Part shown: piece after piece, positions 42,778-63,300 of the stretch | How positions within the stretch are numbered: the first letter of the stretch is position 1 | How the letters are laid out: every line of letters starts with the position of its first letter | Source of the DNA: the human T2T-CHM13v2.0 reference genome, Homo sapiens | Length of the DNA stretch: 64,000 nt | Reading direction: 5' to 3' (one strand) | Assembly (NCBI RefSeq): GCF_009914755.1 | Contig: NC_060931.1 | Made by a program: the position numbers and the translations under genes | The notes under the pieces: generated by a model | Told to the model about the DNA's origin: nothing | The model's input: only the letters and a program-made list of their open reading frames with translations | The model's database searches: none

Positions 42778-45700
42778 AAAAAAAATTTTTAACAATATCA
42801 TCTTATCTGGTTTAGGTAGTTTACATTTTCTTTATCTGGTGATCTTCTAGTCAAAGGACAACCCAGTCAAATCTAACATCTCAATATCTTGAATTCACCT
42901 CCCTCTCCTTTATAAAGACAGATCATTTATTCATGGTAACTGTGGCTGAAGCAGAAATATCCAAAGTAATTATACCACTCCTTTACGTACTTACTCTTTT
43001 AAACAACATAGTACTGTATTCTAGAAAGTGATACAACAACATAGTTAATCTACATGAATCATCTCCCAATTTTACTTAAAAATATTTCTGGTTCCTTTAT
43101 TACCAAATGAAGCCCATTCTACCTTCAGTAATATGCTGTATACCAAATACACATTTTAACCTAACAGCTTAAATTTTAAGATATTTCCCTGTTTAAAAAA
43201 AAAAATCAGTCCAACAACTTAATTACTTATTGACTTGCTAAGACAAATGAAGATTTGTATTTTACACACATAAGGAATGTTTATAAAGCTTCTTTTCTTC
43301 TCTGGCCTATGAAATTCTGTATGTCCATACATGGTCAAATACAAAGAAGTCAGCGACATATGGAAGAGATCCAGAAAACATAACTGTAAACTAGTGCCAT
43401 TCACAGGATCCAACTGTATCCTATCATCTGCTTTTACAAGTATCCTCATGGGATCCATGGAAAACAAATTAGTTCAAGTCCAAGAATTTCAAACTTTTCT
43501 AACAAATCTATTCCAAATGGTCACTTTCCCACGCACTTCCCTTAAGCAGGTCACATCAACATCTTTTATGGCATCACTCAGGGTTCTCTAAGATTAGCTG
43601 CATCATCTAATACCAAAAGAATGAATCAAGGGCATTTTCAACTGTTTTTCCCTGAAAAATAAATAAAACTAAAACTATCGTCTATGAATCATCTATGTAT
43701 AATTCATCTATTGAGACCTCTTTTGGAATCTGAGATTCCAGAAATCCAAGGTACTCATTTTCTAATACTGAGTGTATACAGTATACAAGAGTATTAGTAT
43801 ACCGAGTTTTCAGTTTTACAATCTGAGGAAAAAAAGTCAAACAATGTTGATTATACAGCTTCATATACACTAACCTTTTCTAACTTAATGTTTACGTGCC
43901 ATTTATTAAGGTAAATTAAGAAGTTATTTAATTAAGCATATAACATTTTGAAGAGAGGGTTAACATTTTCTTTCAAGAGCTTACCTCTACCTACACTTGC
44001 TCAAGAGGTAGCATTACAGCCAAAACTCTGAAGACATTGGAATGGCCTGAGATACTCCACTTAGCTCAAACACAAAAACTATCTATTTCCCTTATTTATT
44101 GGCTCAAAAGACAAATATCATCTTAAATATTTCATCGTGTTCCACAAGAAAATGAAAGAGGAAGTAACCAATAGTAGAACAGTTATGCCTAAAGAATACT
44201 TTCTTCTCATGAAGACCCAGAACTACTTTACTAAGAAGAAAGTTGATCCCAAAACTCTAATTTGGCTTTCTATTCTGAACCTCTCCACTCCTCATATCCC
44301 TGTCTCCTTACACTGAGCCTCAAATCCCTTGCCCCTCTTAATTTCTACTAGCAACCTCCTTCCCAAAACCTTTATTTCTTTCCCTTTCCAACTCAAATCC
44401 CATTCTGGATTAACCCATCTTTCTATTCCTATACCATAAAATTCATGACCTTCAACCTCAACAAGAATTTCTCTGCTAATATTCCTCTTATGTGCTCCTT
44501 AATCTCATGCCTCTCCCATTTCCTAATAGGCTCTTCCCAAGCCCGTGCCTGTCACAATGCTCAGTGAAGTACCTCACATCACCACTTAAAAATGAGACCA
44601 TTCCCAGTCTGTCTGAATCAGCACTGTACCTTCCATGGTAGAGTGTGTGTGAAATTTATCTTTTTCCTAAAGCTAATTTCTCAATCTATTCTAGGAAACT
44701 GATTAATTTCCATTTTAGATTTATCTTGACAACCGTTTACACTATTTCCCCTATATCTTCAAGACGACCGGGCTTGGTAAGGAGCCAGCCAACTATTAAA
44801 AAGATTACATTCTCATTTTCTAACTATATTCAGGCTTCTTGAATGACTCTGACCCTGTCCGTAATATGGCATGTTCTTTCCTAACTGGGCAAAAGAGTTT
44901 ACATTATCTTCAGCTAGTTTTCAGTATATAAAGGAATACACCTCCATGGTTCAATCAGGAAAGAGGACTTCTACAAGATTCTACTAAGGATCAATCTGGT
45001 TCTCAAATGCTACAGGTCTTCTTTTTGGTAAAGAAAAGATATTTAACAGTGGTGCACAGGCCTGTCTTAAAAATCCTACCAGAGATATTCTCACCTCCAT
45101 TACCCCTTTGTTTTCAAGATAAAGAGAGTTTCCGAGAAGATATTCAAAACAGAAGAGGATATTTTTGAAGTGTTACTTTAAAGGAAGGTAAAATGGGTTT
45201 AGGCAATTTATTTTGAAGCTAAGCCAATGTAAGAATTCTAGTAAATTGAGGGCATGTCACATCTTTAACAGATGCTCACCTGGGGAGAAAATGTCTGCAA
45301 TATCTAAAATGTAGGGGATTATTAGATTTTTCAAACTCCTATAAATCAGCAAGAAAATGACAGAAAATATTAAGATTACCAAAACACTTTAATGAAATCT
45401 GAACAGTTATTGAGTACAAAAGACATGTTCAACCTCACTAGAAATCAAATAAAATAAACTCAAATACCTCTATATCTTTATGCACACACAACAGCAATGA
45501 GTGCCTAAGTCTACTAAGACATACACAAGAATGTTCCCGTTAGTAAAAAACTGAAAACCCAAAGGCTTATCTACAATAAATAATAAAGGATATATACTGA
45601 TACAGTCACACAATGGAGTATTATACGACGATGAAAAAACAACTACACCCAACATGAGTAAATAATACAGACATAATCTGCACTGAAAGAAAACAGATAC

Positions 45701-46374
45701 AAAAAAGTATATGTATATAACGTTCAAGAACAGGCAAATTTATGGAGAAGGCAGTCAGTATGGTGTTTATCTTTGGGGGTTGTAATACTGAATGAGAGTG
45801 AGCACATGGAAGAAACTAGGGTTCTGGAAATGAACTGTATATTAATTTGGATAGTGGTTAGTTTTACCTTTCATATCTAAATTCATAAATACTTAAGTGA
45901 AGGTATTCATAACAGATACCCAAATTAAGATAGTTCAAAGTTCATTTTCTTACTTAGGTTTAAAATTTCCAATATTTATCACAAAATAAATAAGCATGTA
46001 GGATCAAGTTTTTAGAGTAGAATTTTGCAGGTAATTTTAAATCTCAAGCCCTATGAAGGTTACTAAAAAAAAAAAAAAAAAAAAAAAAATTCCTAAAATG
46101 GAAACATTAAAAAGGAGAAATAAGATATTTACTTCACAAAATTACTCCTTTGGGGTCTTGCAGTATGATATGTATGAGTTACTGCTCAGAATATATAGAC
46201 TGCCCTACTATCCTGTGCACTGGGATGATCACTACCACTTCTTCAAATCCAGCTAAAAGCATCACGGCCTCAATGAAGCCTACTCCCGCCAGAACTGTTC
46301 ACGTGCCTCCTCTCTGCTCGTGTCCTATATATTACCTAAGCAGAGCTCACCAACAATATTTTTCATTAACAGCT

Positions 46375-47188
46375 TAGAGCAGCGCTGCCAAATAAAAATA
46401 CCATGTCAATCATGTAAGTAATTTAAAATTTTCTTAGTAGCCACTTTTAAAATAGGAAAAAGGTGAAATCAGTCAATTTTATTTAACCCGATACATCCAA
46501 AATATTATCACTGCAGTATACAATCAATATAAAAAATTACGGAGATTTTCTTTTCCATGCTCAGTCTTAGAAATCTGTGGTATATTTTATATTTGCAGAA
46601 CATCACAATTCAGACTACCCACATTTCAAAGATTAATAGCCACATGTGGCTACAGGCTGCTGTACTATTTAATAAAAAGTGCATATCTAGAGTCTAGCCC
46701 CTTGCTTTATAAAGTGTGATCTACCATCCAGCAGCATCAGCATCACCTGGGATCTTGTTAGAAATGTAGAAAGGCAGCCCATCTCAGAACTACTAGAAGA
46801 ACTAAATTTAACAGGATACCCAGGATTGGAATTCATAGCAAAGACTGAGAAGCAGTAAATTAGATCACATATACCTTGGGAGTCTTACAGAATTGCTATT
46901 GCCATTCAACTATGATATGGTATTATCCCACCGACTAATATAGAACACTGTATTTAAATAACAATAGCTTTTCTATGAATCATGTTTTCTCTACACTGTC
47001 CAATGCAATTTTCTACAATGATGAAAATCTTCATATATGTGCTGCACAAAATGGCAGCCACTTGCCACATGTGGCTGTTGAGCACTTGAAATGTATCTGG
47101 AGCAAATGAGAAATTGCATTTTAATTTAATTAATTTTAATTGATTTAAACATGTGGCAAATGACTATCATACGACATAGCACAACTCC
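46375..47188. mobile_element. hAT MITE cluster: MER33-like (~46375-46670), MER5A-like (~46695-46857), MER3 (~46995-47188)
   Basis: 'aatagccacatgtggcta', 'cagcagcatcagcatcacctggga..ttgttagaaatg', 'ctgtccaat...gcagccacttgccacatgtggc'. Confidence 0.72.
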
Positions 47189-47452
47189 AGGGGAATTGGT
47201 TACTATGTCACAGTGTCATCTCTAGGAGAATCCTTAGGACAAATTTGGAAAGTTCTAGTCAAGATAATTCTTTTGATTAACTGTACTTCTTCTGTTTTTT
47301 TAATTTTATGAAGTCATATTTACCATCTTACACTGGCTAAGGGCAAATTTGCATCTTACCTCTAAGGAAGCATAATAAAAGTTACAACATGTGCTTTGTG
47401 TGTATTAATATTATTCCAGCTTATCATCAATTAAAAATACTAATATCTAGAC

Positions 47453-47559
47453 CTGTACAGTCTTTTTAATTCTCTGAGAAGGACCTGGATACTCTGGAGA
47501 ATACAAATCTGTGAGGAATAATGAGTTGATTAATGTCAACTTTCCCAGTCCAGATTCAC
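47453..47559 (-). pseudogene. SEPTIN7P2: SEPT7-derived exon A (107 nt): [36 protein letters not shown] (P-loop GKS>GKL)
   Basis: tttcttttag|GTGAAT ... GTACAG|gtctag; also seen in ORF 47447..47737. Confidence 0.96.
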
Positions 47560-48631
47560 CTAAAAGAAATAAGGGAAAATATCTGTTAAACTCACCCACT
47601 TTACCCAACCTTAAATATTCAACAGATGCTATAATTGAACTTGCTTTATGCAAGTATTTCTTGGTGAGACAATGAAATGACATTAGAAAATACGCTACAA
47701 AGAATAAGTATCTTGTCCTCAGTTTCTTAGCTATCAAATTAAACTCACGTTTCCAAGGATTCTTTTCAGCCTTCTAATTATACCACTTATATTCATTAAA
47801 AGTAATGTATCTAATAATCTACATTTTTAACAGTAATGTATTCCCAAAGAAAAAAGTCAGTCATTATTTAAAAATCCAAGTTGGATTATGTATCACTGCT
47901 TCAGTGAAATAAAGTTTTTCTTTATTAATAGACAATAATGAATGAATAATAAACAAGAAATCATGCAGCTATAAAAAGCAAAAATCTGCTAATACAAAGA
48001 ATAATTAATCACAATGAACATCTCCGTATAAAATTCTAAATCACAAAAAATACTTTCTAATTTCGCCACCCATCAGCCTAAATATAAGGGTGCTTCTCCA
48101 CAAACCAGAATCCAAAAAATCTTAGGTAATTACTTTTTCTACCGCTTCTACTCAAGGTAGGAGGTAGACACGAAGGAAGCTAGGGCATGATTTCTACTCT
48201 GACCACATACTCTTTTTTGACTCTCCATGTTTAGTCCAATATACATAGTCCAGTGTATAGTAACTATTACAAGTATACCAAAATATAAATGGCTTCAAGG
48301 TATATATAACCTAAGGTTAAAACAAATTATAAATCAGATTATGATAATTAACATGGCACAGAGTTAAAGTATTTATTGTTAATAACTCACTTAGCATAAT
48401 AGGCATGTTTAGCCTAAGTAACTGATGTCACAATATTTTTATGCCTAGGAGGAATTCTTTTTATATTAGCTCTCAAAAGAGATAAGATTCTCTCCACGTG
48501 GTTTGGGCTTACCCCTTTGACTGAGAGCATGCCACTTTTTACTAGAGGTTGATGTATGACTCAACTTAGAGTTGAGGATGAAAAGTGGGGATCATAGCAC
48601 CTGCCTATACCCTGGTACAGATCATATGATG

Positions 48632-50160
<1,529 letters not shown>

Positions 50161-50406
50161 GATCGCTTATATTTTTAAAAAGATGTTTTCTTCGTTTCCT
50201 AGCCCCTTCTACCCCGCTACAAAGTTTCAAAGACTTAATGCTATTACAAAGGGCCGTCAGACGTCAAGCTCAGGGGTGCAGCTCCCTCATGCCGGGCAGC
50301 CTCAGAGGGGGCCGACCCTGCCCAGGATGAACGGCGCCAGGTAGCCGGGGACGCTACCGGGAGTCCCCGGGCCCTGGCTGGTGGAGGTGTTGTGGGGCGC
50401 ACGTAC

Positions 50407-50750
50407 CCAGGCTCAGGTGAGGCGAGTGGGCAGCCGGGGCTGCAGCTGGCGCTGGCCATTGAGGAGCTTCTGCGCGACAGTGCGATCGGTTGCACCTTCT
50501 GCGACAGGGGCCGGCCGGTTGGCGCGCAGCGCCTGCTAGCGCAGAGTCTGGCCCTTGCTGCGCCCGGCCCCGAAGACCGAGAAGTCGTAAAGCTCCTCCT
50601 CGCAGTTTATGTGCGGCGGCGGCCGGGCCGAAGCCTGGGGACACAGAACTGCCAGCTCAGCAGCCGGTTACATCCCGCCCGGCCACCCGTAGCCAGCGTC
50701 CGCTAATGCGCGATCCTGGAAGACCCAGCAACCCCGCCGCGAGTTCCGAT
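50407..50750 (-). other. SEPTIN7P2: Candidate non-SEPT7 first exon of the minus-strand transcript (5' end approximate)
   Basis: Strong donor CTGG|gtacgt at 50407/50406; TSS inferred from island position. Confidence 0.55.
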
Positions 50751-50755
50751 TGGCT
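50746..50755 (-). promoter_or_regulatory. NF-Y CCAAT box (AGCCAATCGG)
   Basis: Matches RRCCAATSR consensus within CpG island. Confidence 0.7.
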
Positions 50756-50772
50756 CCGCGTGAGTGGCGGTC

Positions 50773-50897
50773 TCCTGCGAAGTCACAAGAGCGCGCCTTC
50801 CGTGACGTCACAAGGGCGCGTCTTCGCCGACACCATAGAGGTGGGCCTTCCGCGACGCCACAGGAGCGGGTGTTCGCCTACGTCACTGGGGCGCTAC
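50773..50897. repeat. Degenerate tandem array 5 x 25 bp containing CRE/half-CRE cores
   Basis: Units start at 50773, 50798, 50823, 50848, 50873 with no indels; consensus TTCSSCGACGTCACARGRGCGSGYC. Confidence 0.8.
50802..50811. promoter_or_regulatory. Full palindromic CRE GTGACGTCAC abutting an ETS core (CGGAAG on -)
   Basis: Exact TGACGTCA at 50803-50810. Confidence 0.8.
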
Positions 50898-51047
50898 AGT
50901 ACCTGGAGCTGGGCAGTCTTCTCATCAGAGTGGGGACTAATAACAGTGACCTCCCCGCCAGGTCCTGTGTGTTGCCGGCTGAAGAAGGGTAGCTGAAAAA
51001 TTCAGACCCAGCACAGTGTTTATGTTGGTCAAAAATAGAAAACTATG

Positions 51048-54790
<3,743 letters not shown>

Positions 54791-55310
54791 CAGCTCTATT
54801 TCTTTAAGACTACATGTTTTGCACTTGTTAAAAGTATTTGAACATACAATTACTCAGCTTCCCTTGTTTATGCTTGAATTTTGTATAATCTTAAATATTT
54901 TTTCCAATCTAAGCTTTATTTTATCCCGTTTCTTCTATATTTGTATAACTTTAGGTGGCTATCTTCATTGAAAGTTTTTTCTCAAAAGCCTTAAAATAGA
55001 ACGTAGTTCTTGGCAGCAATTTGAAAGTTATTTGAGGAGAAGGGGAGACTTAAAATGATGATTCAAATGAAGCAAACTAAAAAGTAATAAAGCAAGACAG
55101 AGGAAAAAGCAGTATTCACTTGAGCACATCCCAAAAGAATAACATTTCAAATGTAACTAGAAAAAAGTATGCTGAAGTTCGCAATACAGAAATAATTATT
55201 AATAAGATAGCTTTAAAGCCCTGCTCAGCTTTTCAATGTTGGGAATTGACCCAGAGGTGGCTGTAACCTAAGATGGTTCCTTCAGTAATGACCATTTTTT
55301 CTTTTTCAAG

Positions 55311-55551
<241 letters not shown>

Positions 55552-56175
55552 TAAAGCCAGGAGCATTTTGAAAGTCACGTTACAGACATTGTTTAAACAT
55601 AGTCTGTATTTACCAAAGTATAGGACATTGTATCATCTCGTATTAATTAGTTAGTCGGCTCAAAATTAGTGCTAATGACTTAGTAATTCAGTGATTTCTG
55701 TTAGCTTTAAAACCTTTATTTCAGAACTATTTCACCTCTTGGTTTTCATTTTTGCTGTGCGTCACTGCCTGCCGGCTGCTAATTTATTAACTCCCAGTGA
55801 ATCGTGTCCTGTGAAGGGACTGAATATTAGTGGCAAATTATGTTGATGATTTGTATTTTGAATAAATAGTTTGAATACATAGAACATTAAGCTTGTATAC
55901 ATTTTGAAAATAGTATTTTAATATTCTACTGTGTCATAGTCACAACGATTGGATATATATTGAATTTATATGTACTTTAAGTTGTTATATGTTTATGGTC
56001 TTTAGCATTCTAACATGCAATTGTGTATCTGTTAAGTCTTATTTTTTTTTCAAGATTACACTCTGATTTATTGAGGCATCTGTTTGATGCCACATTAAGT
56101 GGCCCAGGCTTTGTGTAGGGGTTGAGGTTAAAGCAGGAAGAAGGGTGGTGAGAGGCAGGGGTACCAGGATTAGGT

Positions 56176-56226
56176 TGGAATACCTGGGGGTGCTCTGAGG
56201 CTCTGGAATACCTGGGGGTGCTCTGA
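56176..56226 (+). repeat. Tandem duplication, 28-bp period (TGGAATACCTGGGGGTGCTCTGA x2)
   Basis: Direct reading. Confidence 0.9.
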
Positions 56227-56506
56227 AGTTTCCCTGGTCTTGGCCGGCTGTGCTGCTGGCCAAGGCATCTGATGGGCCTGCAAGGTGGTCCAGGGGCTAG
56301 GGCAGGGACTTTGGAGTCACGCCGTTGGCTTTGAATCCAGACTCCTACACTTGGTAGCTGTGAACTCTCCATGCCTCAGGGACCTGCAGAACTGAGCTCT
56401 GTCTGAGCCAGTTTCCATCCAGGCACTGCGCATCCATCCAGAGGGGCACTGCCTCAGGTTGCTCACTATTCACTGCCTTCTCAAGCAGACCCTTGTCTCC
56501 TTCTAG

Positions 56507-56638
56507 GCCCTCACAATCCAGTGGAGGAGACGAAACTCATCTGCCTCTGTCCCTCTGGGCACGCTTCATGCCAGGTGCATCTGTGGACAGGGGCCATGCT
56601 CCTGGGCTTCCAAAGTTGGAGAAAGCTGCCAGGCTCAG
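56507..56638 (+). other. Candidate non-coding neo-exon (132 nt)
   Basis: ccttgtctccttctag|GCCCTC ... GCTCAG|gtgggt. Confidence 0.55.
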
Positions 56639-57958
56639 GTGGGTACATCACAGCAGCTGCTGCCCTCTGGACACAGTGACAAAAGAACACTCTGGGCCTG
56701 GAGCCGTGGTCTGGGGCATTGGGCAAGGCTGTTGCACTTCTCTGAGCCCATTTCCCCATCTGGAAAGTGCACTGATTGTATCTCCCTGTGGGCACTGAGG
56801 GCTCAGTGTTAGTTTGAGAGCCAGCATCTGGGGTTTGGGCTGTAATTCCCCGTCAGCCCCATAGCTGCGGGGAACCAGGGACTTTGTTGGGATTACCCTA
56901 GGCATCAGTTTAGCTTCCTGTCCCTGGCTTGGGCTCAGCACCTGAAGTAGTCTAGGGGGTAGGTGGTCCTGGTGGGGGCTGGGGCTTTTCCCCAGACTGA
57001 GGTCACACCCAGAGCCAGAAATCTTGGTGCCTGCTCTGGGCAAAGGTGCCAGCCTGTGCGACAAGAGCGAAACTCCGTCTCCAAAACAAAAACAAAAAAC
57101 CTTGCATCATTTCAAGGGGCTCACACCTCCCTAAGGGCCTGGTAATTGGCTGGCTCTGGCCTGCATCTAGCCCCGAGGGTGTAGGTAACACCCCACCTTA
57201 CCTGGTTTCTTCCTGCCAGGGCCAATCTTCAGACCTCAGGACTTTGCAGCCTATCCCACCTCCCCTCTGGCCAGCCTCGAGCCGTTGTGGGTCCAGCACT
57301 TTTTCCAGGCTGTCTCCTGGTTGTCCTTCTGCCTTGAGGCCTGGCTCATGCTGCTCCCCTTCCCACTCACCAAGACCCACAAGGACCACTCCACACCCAG
57401 CTCAGCCCCATCCCCTCAGATAGTCCTCTCTCTTTCCTCAGGTGGCCAGGTGCATATCTTGGTGTGAGGACCTTCACTGTATCTGGGAATGCCTACTGGT
57501 CACCTCGGTGACAGAGACCAAGGCATTTACCTGATATGAGTGTCTTGGTTCATTGTCTACATGGCTAGGGAGGGAGTCAATAATAGGCTTTTCACTTGCT
57601 GCAAGGGCCGGTTCTCCTGGCCCCATGGCTCTAGGGATGGAGGACACTGCAGGAGATGCACCGCTCACTTCCCAGCTGAGGACTGTGGGTCATCTCAGGG
57701 CGATTTCACAGTCCCCACATGCCCCACCCCCTCAGCTCTGCAAATACCAAGCAGCGCAGCCTGCCTAGGGGATGATGGGCTCGAGAGTGCCCAGGTAGTG
57801 CCCAGAGTGCCCTTGGCAGGCCCCTCACCTAGCTGCTTCCACAGCTCTGTAGCAAGAGTTCTAAACTTTTTTGACCGTGAAGTCTGCTGAGAATAAGAGC
57901 TGTGGACTGTTTTCCCAGAAAGGCATGTATGTGCTCTCCACACAAAACCTTTCATTGT

Positions 57959-59825
<1,867 letters not shown>

Positions 59826-59854
59826 CCTTCAGGGGGTTTTGAGGCTTCACTACA

Positions 59855-60283
59855 ATACTAGTTTCCTGTGGCTGCTGCAACAAATTACCACACACTTAGT
59901 AACTTAAAACAACCAAAATGTATTCCCTTACAGGTCTGAAGGCCAGAATTCTACAGTAAGTCCTACTGAGTCAAGGTGGGAGCAGGGTCGGTGGCTTCTG
60001 AGGCTCTGTGGGAGAATCTGTTTCCTGGCCGTGGAGGTGGCCTGCACTCCTCAGCTTGTGCTGCCCGTCTCGAATGACTGGAGTTTCCTGCTTCTGTCAC
60101 TACACCTCCCACCCTCTCCATCACCTGCTCTGCTCTTATAAGGATCTGGGTGAGTACATCAACCCCAACAGCCAAAGACCCTTAACTTCATTATATCTGC
60201 AAAGCCCCTTTTGCCATATAAGGTCATGTTCACCAGTTCCCGGGATTAGGATATGGGCATCTTGGGGACATCAGCCTGCTACA
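59855..60283 (-). mobile_element. MLT1 (MaLR) LTR, MLT1C/D-like
   Basis: 'tagtttcctgtggctgctgcaacaaattacc...cttaacttcattatatctgcaaagcccc...ggattaggatatggg'. Confidence 0.85.
59934..60149 (+). other. Candidate non-coding neo-exon (216 nt) in antisense MLT1
   Basis: tattcccttacag|GTCTGA ... ATCTGG|gtgagt. Confidence 0.55.
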
Positions 60284-60407
60284 GCTAGGCTGCAAAACTA
60301 TTACACCCTCCTGGTGTTTCAATGATTGGGAGAAAAAGGGTTGGCATTTTTTGCTTAGGGGTCCCTCTTAAACTTATATCTGTAAGGTCTGGGGTCCCTC
60401 TTAACCT

Positions 60408-60703
60408 TGTGTTTGTTTTTGTTTTTTTGAGGTGGAGTCTTGCTCTGTCATCCAGGCCGGCAGTGGCGTGGTCTTGGCTCACTGCAACGTCTGCCTCCTG
60501 GGTTCAAGTGATTCTCTTGCCTCAGCCTCTTGAGTAGCTGGGGCTACAGGCTATATGCCCTGCTGTTTTGTATTTTTGGTAGGGACGGGGTGGGGGTGGG
60601 GCTAGGGAGGGGGTTTTGGCTATGTTGCCCTGAGCTCAAAGCGATCCGCCTGCCTCTGCTGCCAAAGTGCTGGGATTACAGGCCTGCACCACTGCACCCG
60701 GCT
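60408..60703 (-). mobile_element. Rearranged Alu at 5' end of the composite, with a G-rich non-Alu insert
   Basis: Minus strand starts (C)AGCCGGGTGCAGTGG one base after the TSD. Confidence 0.85.
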
Positions 60704-61021
60704 GCTGTAAAGTCTTATTTCACACAGCTGAGACATGTTTTAGGAAGTTTGCTGAAAGACTCCTGGAGACCTCCTCGTTGTGACCTCCCTGTTATTGTGT
60801 CTAATTTGATTGAACTTTTCTGCCCTCCTGCTTTTCAGCTTCTCTAATAGTCTCTCATTAAACCAATTCTAAGAACCACCAAAAAAGGGAAATCTTTTTT
60901 TGAAAGCAGTAAAATGATATGGACTGTTAGAATGTAAAATATATGAAATAAGTCATTATATGTTAGTGCTGCTCTGACATAGGGACGTATTATTGAGAAT
61001 CAACTTTTGCTTGATTTTCAG

Positions 61022-61087
61022 AGAAATGGAATAATCGTATCGCTGATCTACGTAAACAAATTGAAGAATTGTCTGAAAGAAAGTATG
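61022..61087 (+). pseudogene. GTF2IP13: GTF2I-derived exon (66 nt): EKWNNRIADLRKQIEELSERKY
   Basis: gattttcag|AGAAAT ... AGTATG|gtatgt; GTF2I [22 protein letters not shown]. Confidence 0.93.
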
Positions 61088-61395
61088 GTATGTCTAAACT
61101 GGAAAAGTCCTGTAATCTTATGTTCATGGGCGTTTACACAATGGAGTTACTGTTCATCATGGGGGTACCGTGGACAAGCCCAGGGCTGCCGGCGAGTCAT
61201 GCCATCCTTACACGTTTCTCCTTGTAAGGTGCTTTGTAGTGTCTACACACTTTGTTTCTAGATTGCTGCAAAGCTGAGGAAAAGTTGTATTTCTTTAATT
61301 ATTAGTTAGCATTTCTTTTAAACTTTCAGTATGGAGATTGGAAATTTATTTACATATTTATTGCAAAGCCCTGGATCTTAGGGATTTCATTGAAT

Positions 61396-62053
<658 letters not shown>

Positions 62054-62832
62054 TGTTCAGTACTCACCAAGGTGCCCCTATTGTCTCTACTTTTATCTTG
62101 ATGCATCACTGAATTGATGTTAGATTTCAAACTCATCATTGCCCTTATACTATTCTATTCTGAAGCCACCTTTATATAATGTTGAAAGAAATTAGTGATT
62201 TGTTATTATCCTCTCTCTGTTGGTATACATCAAATGCTCACCTAAAAAGAGCAACAACCAGTGGAAAACACATGATGTTTTTATTTGGATGACTATTTAC
62301 TTGTAACCTACTAGCAAACTATAAAATTGTATGATATGCACAATTTTAACTGAATTGCTTTAAGTGAACATTTAAACATGATAAACCATATTGATGGTAT
62401 TTATGTTAATATACTTAAAATGAACATTTTTCTTCATCATGAGTAATATAACCTACTTGTCAATGAAAACCTAGCATTAAATTTGCTAATGAATTCAATA
62501 ACATTTTCATAATATTTTTAGTTACATGCTTAAGGTTCTCTTAGTGTTTCTCCCACTTTTTAATAGCTTAAGCCTTTTTCGCCTTTGGGTTTTTTTGGTT
62601 CATTTTAAAGCAAAAATCTTACAACATGTGATACCTGGAAACACTGTAACCTAGTGGTAAGACCATAGGCCCTGGGGACACAGGCTGGCCATGTCTCTTG
62701 TCCTGTCTGAGCTTTAGTATCCTCTTTTGTGGTCATGAGAACTGAAGATCTGTCCCAAAGATTTGATAAGATAGTAAAGTGCTTCACATAATACCAGACA
62801 TATAAATATACACTAAATGCTTCCTCCTTATA

Positions 62833-63128
62833 TTTTTATTGATTGATTGATTGAGACAGAATCTTGCTCTTTTGCCCAGGCTGGAATGCAGTGGCGTGAT
62901 CGTGGTTTCTGCAGCCTCCACCTCCTGGGTTCAGGCAATTCTGCCTCAGCCTCCCGAGTAGCTGGGATTACAGGTGCCTGCCACCATGCCCAGCTAGTTA
63001 TTGTATTTTTAGTACAGACGGGGTTTTACCATGTTGGCCAGGCTGGTCTCGAACTGCCGACCTCATGATCTGCCTGCCTCGGCCTCCCAAACTGCTGGGA
63101 TTACAGGTGTGAGCCACTGTGCCCAGCC
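62833..63128 (-). mobile_element. AluS
   Basis: Full reverse Alu. Confidence 0.9.
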
Positions 63129-63241
63129 TGTCTTTTCTCTTCACACCCACAGTTCATGATGAAATATTAAATATGTACTAGTGGATATTACTTTGCTGAA
63201 TATTGCCTAGTGAATATTAAGTATTTATTCTCACCTTTCAG

Positions 63242-63300
63242 ACATGAACTTATGAATTCAACAGGTGAAGATTTACAACTTGATAAATCAGCTTCGTGAG
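63242..63300 (+). pseudogene. GTF2IP13: GTF2I-derived exon (59 nt): HELMNSTGEDLQLDKSAS* (Gly codon to TGA)
   Basis: cacctttcag|ACATGA ... CGTGAG|gtacgt; GTF2I HELLNSTREDLQLDKPASG. Confidence 0.92.

Larger units (their letters stand above)
50250..50980. promoter_or_regulatory. CpG island, putative bidirectional promoter driving the SEPT7 pseudogene (-) and GTF2I pseudogene (+)
   Basis: High CpG density, no TATA, CCAAT and CRE motifs, first-exon donors on both strands (50406 -, 51215 +). Confidence 0.8.

Noticed and set aside
50773-50897. CRISPR-like repeat-spacer reading of the 25-bp array
   Set aside because: Eukaryotic DNA; units are contiguous and degenerate without unique spacers; no cas genes.
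62718-62751. Weak similarity to the missing GTF2I exon (TATCCTCTTTT...TGAAGATCT)
   Set aside because: Sits in a MIR-like tract, has no splice sites and the similarity does not extend.
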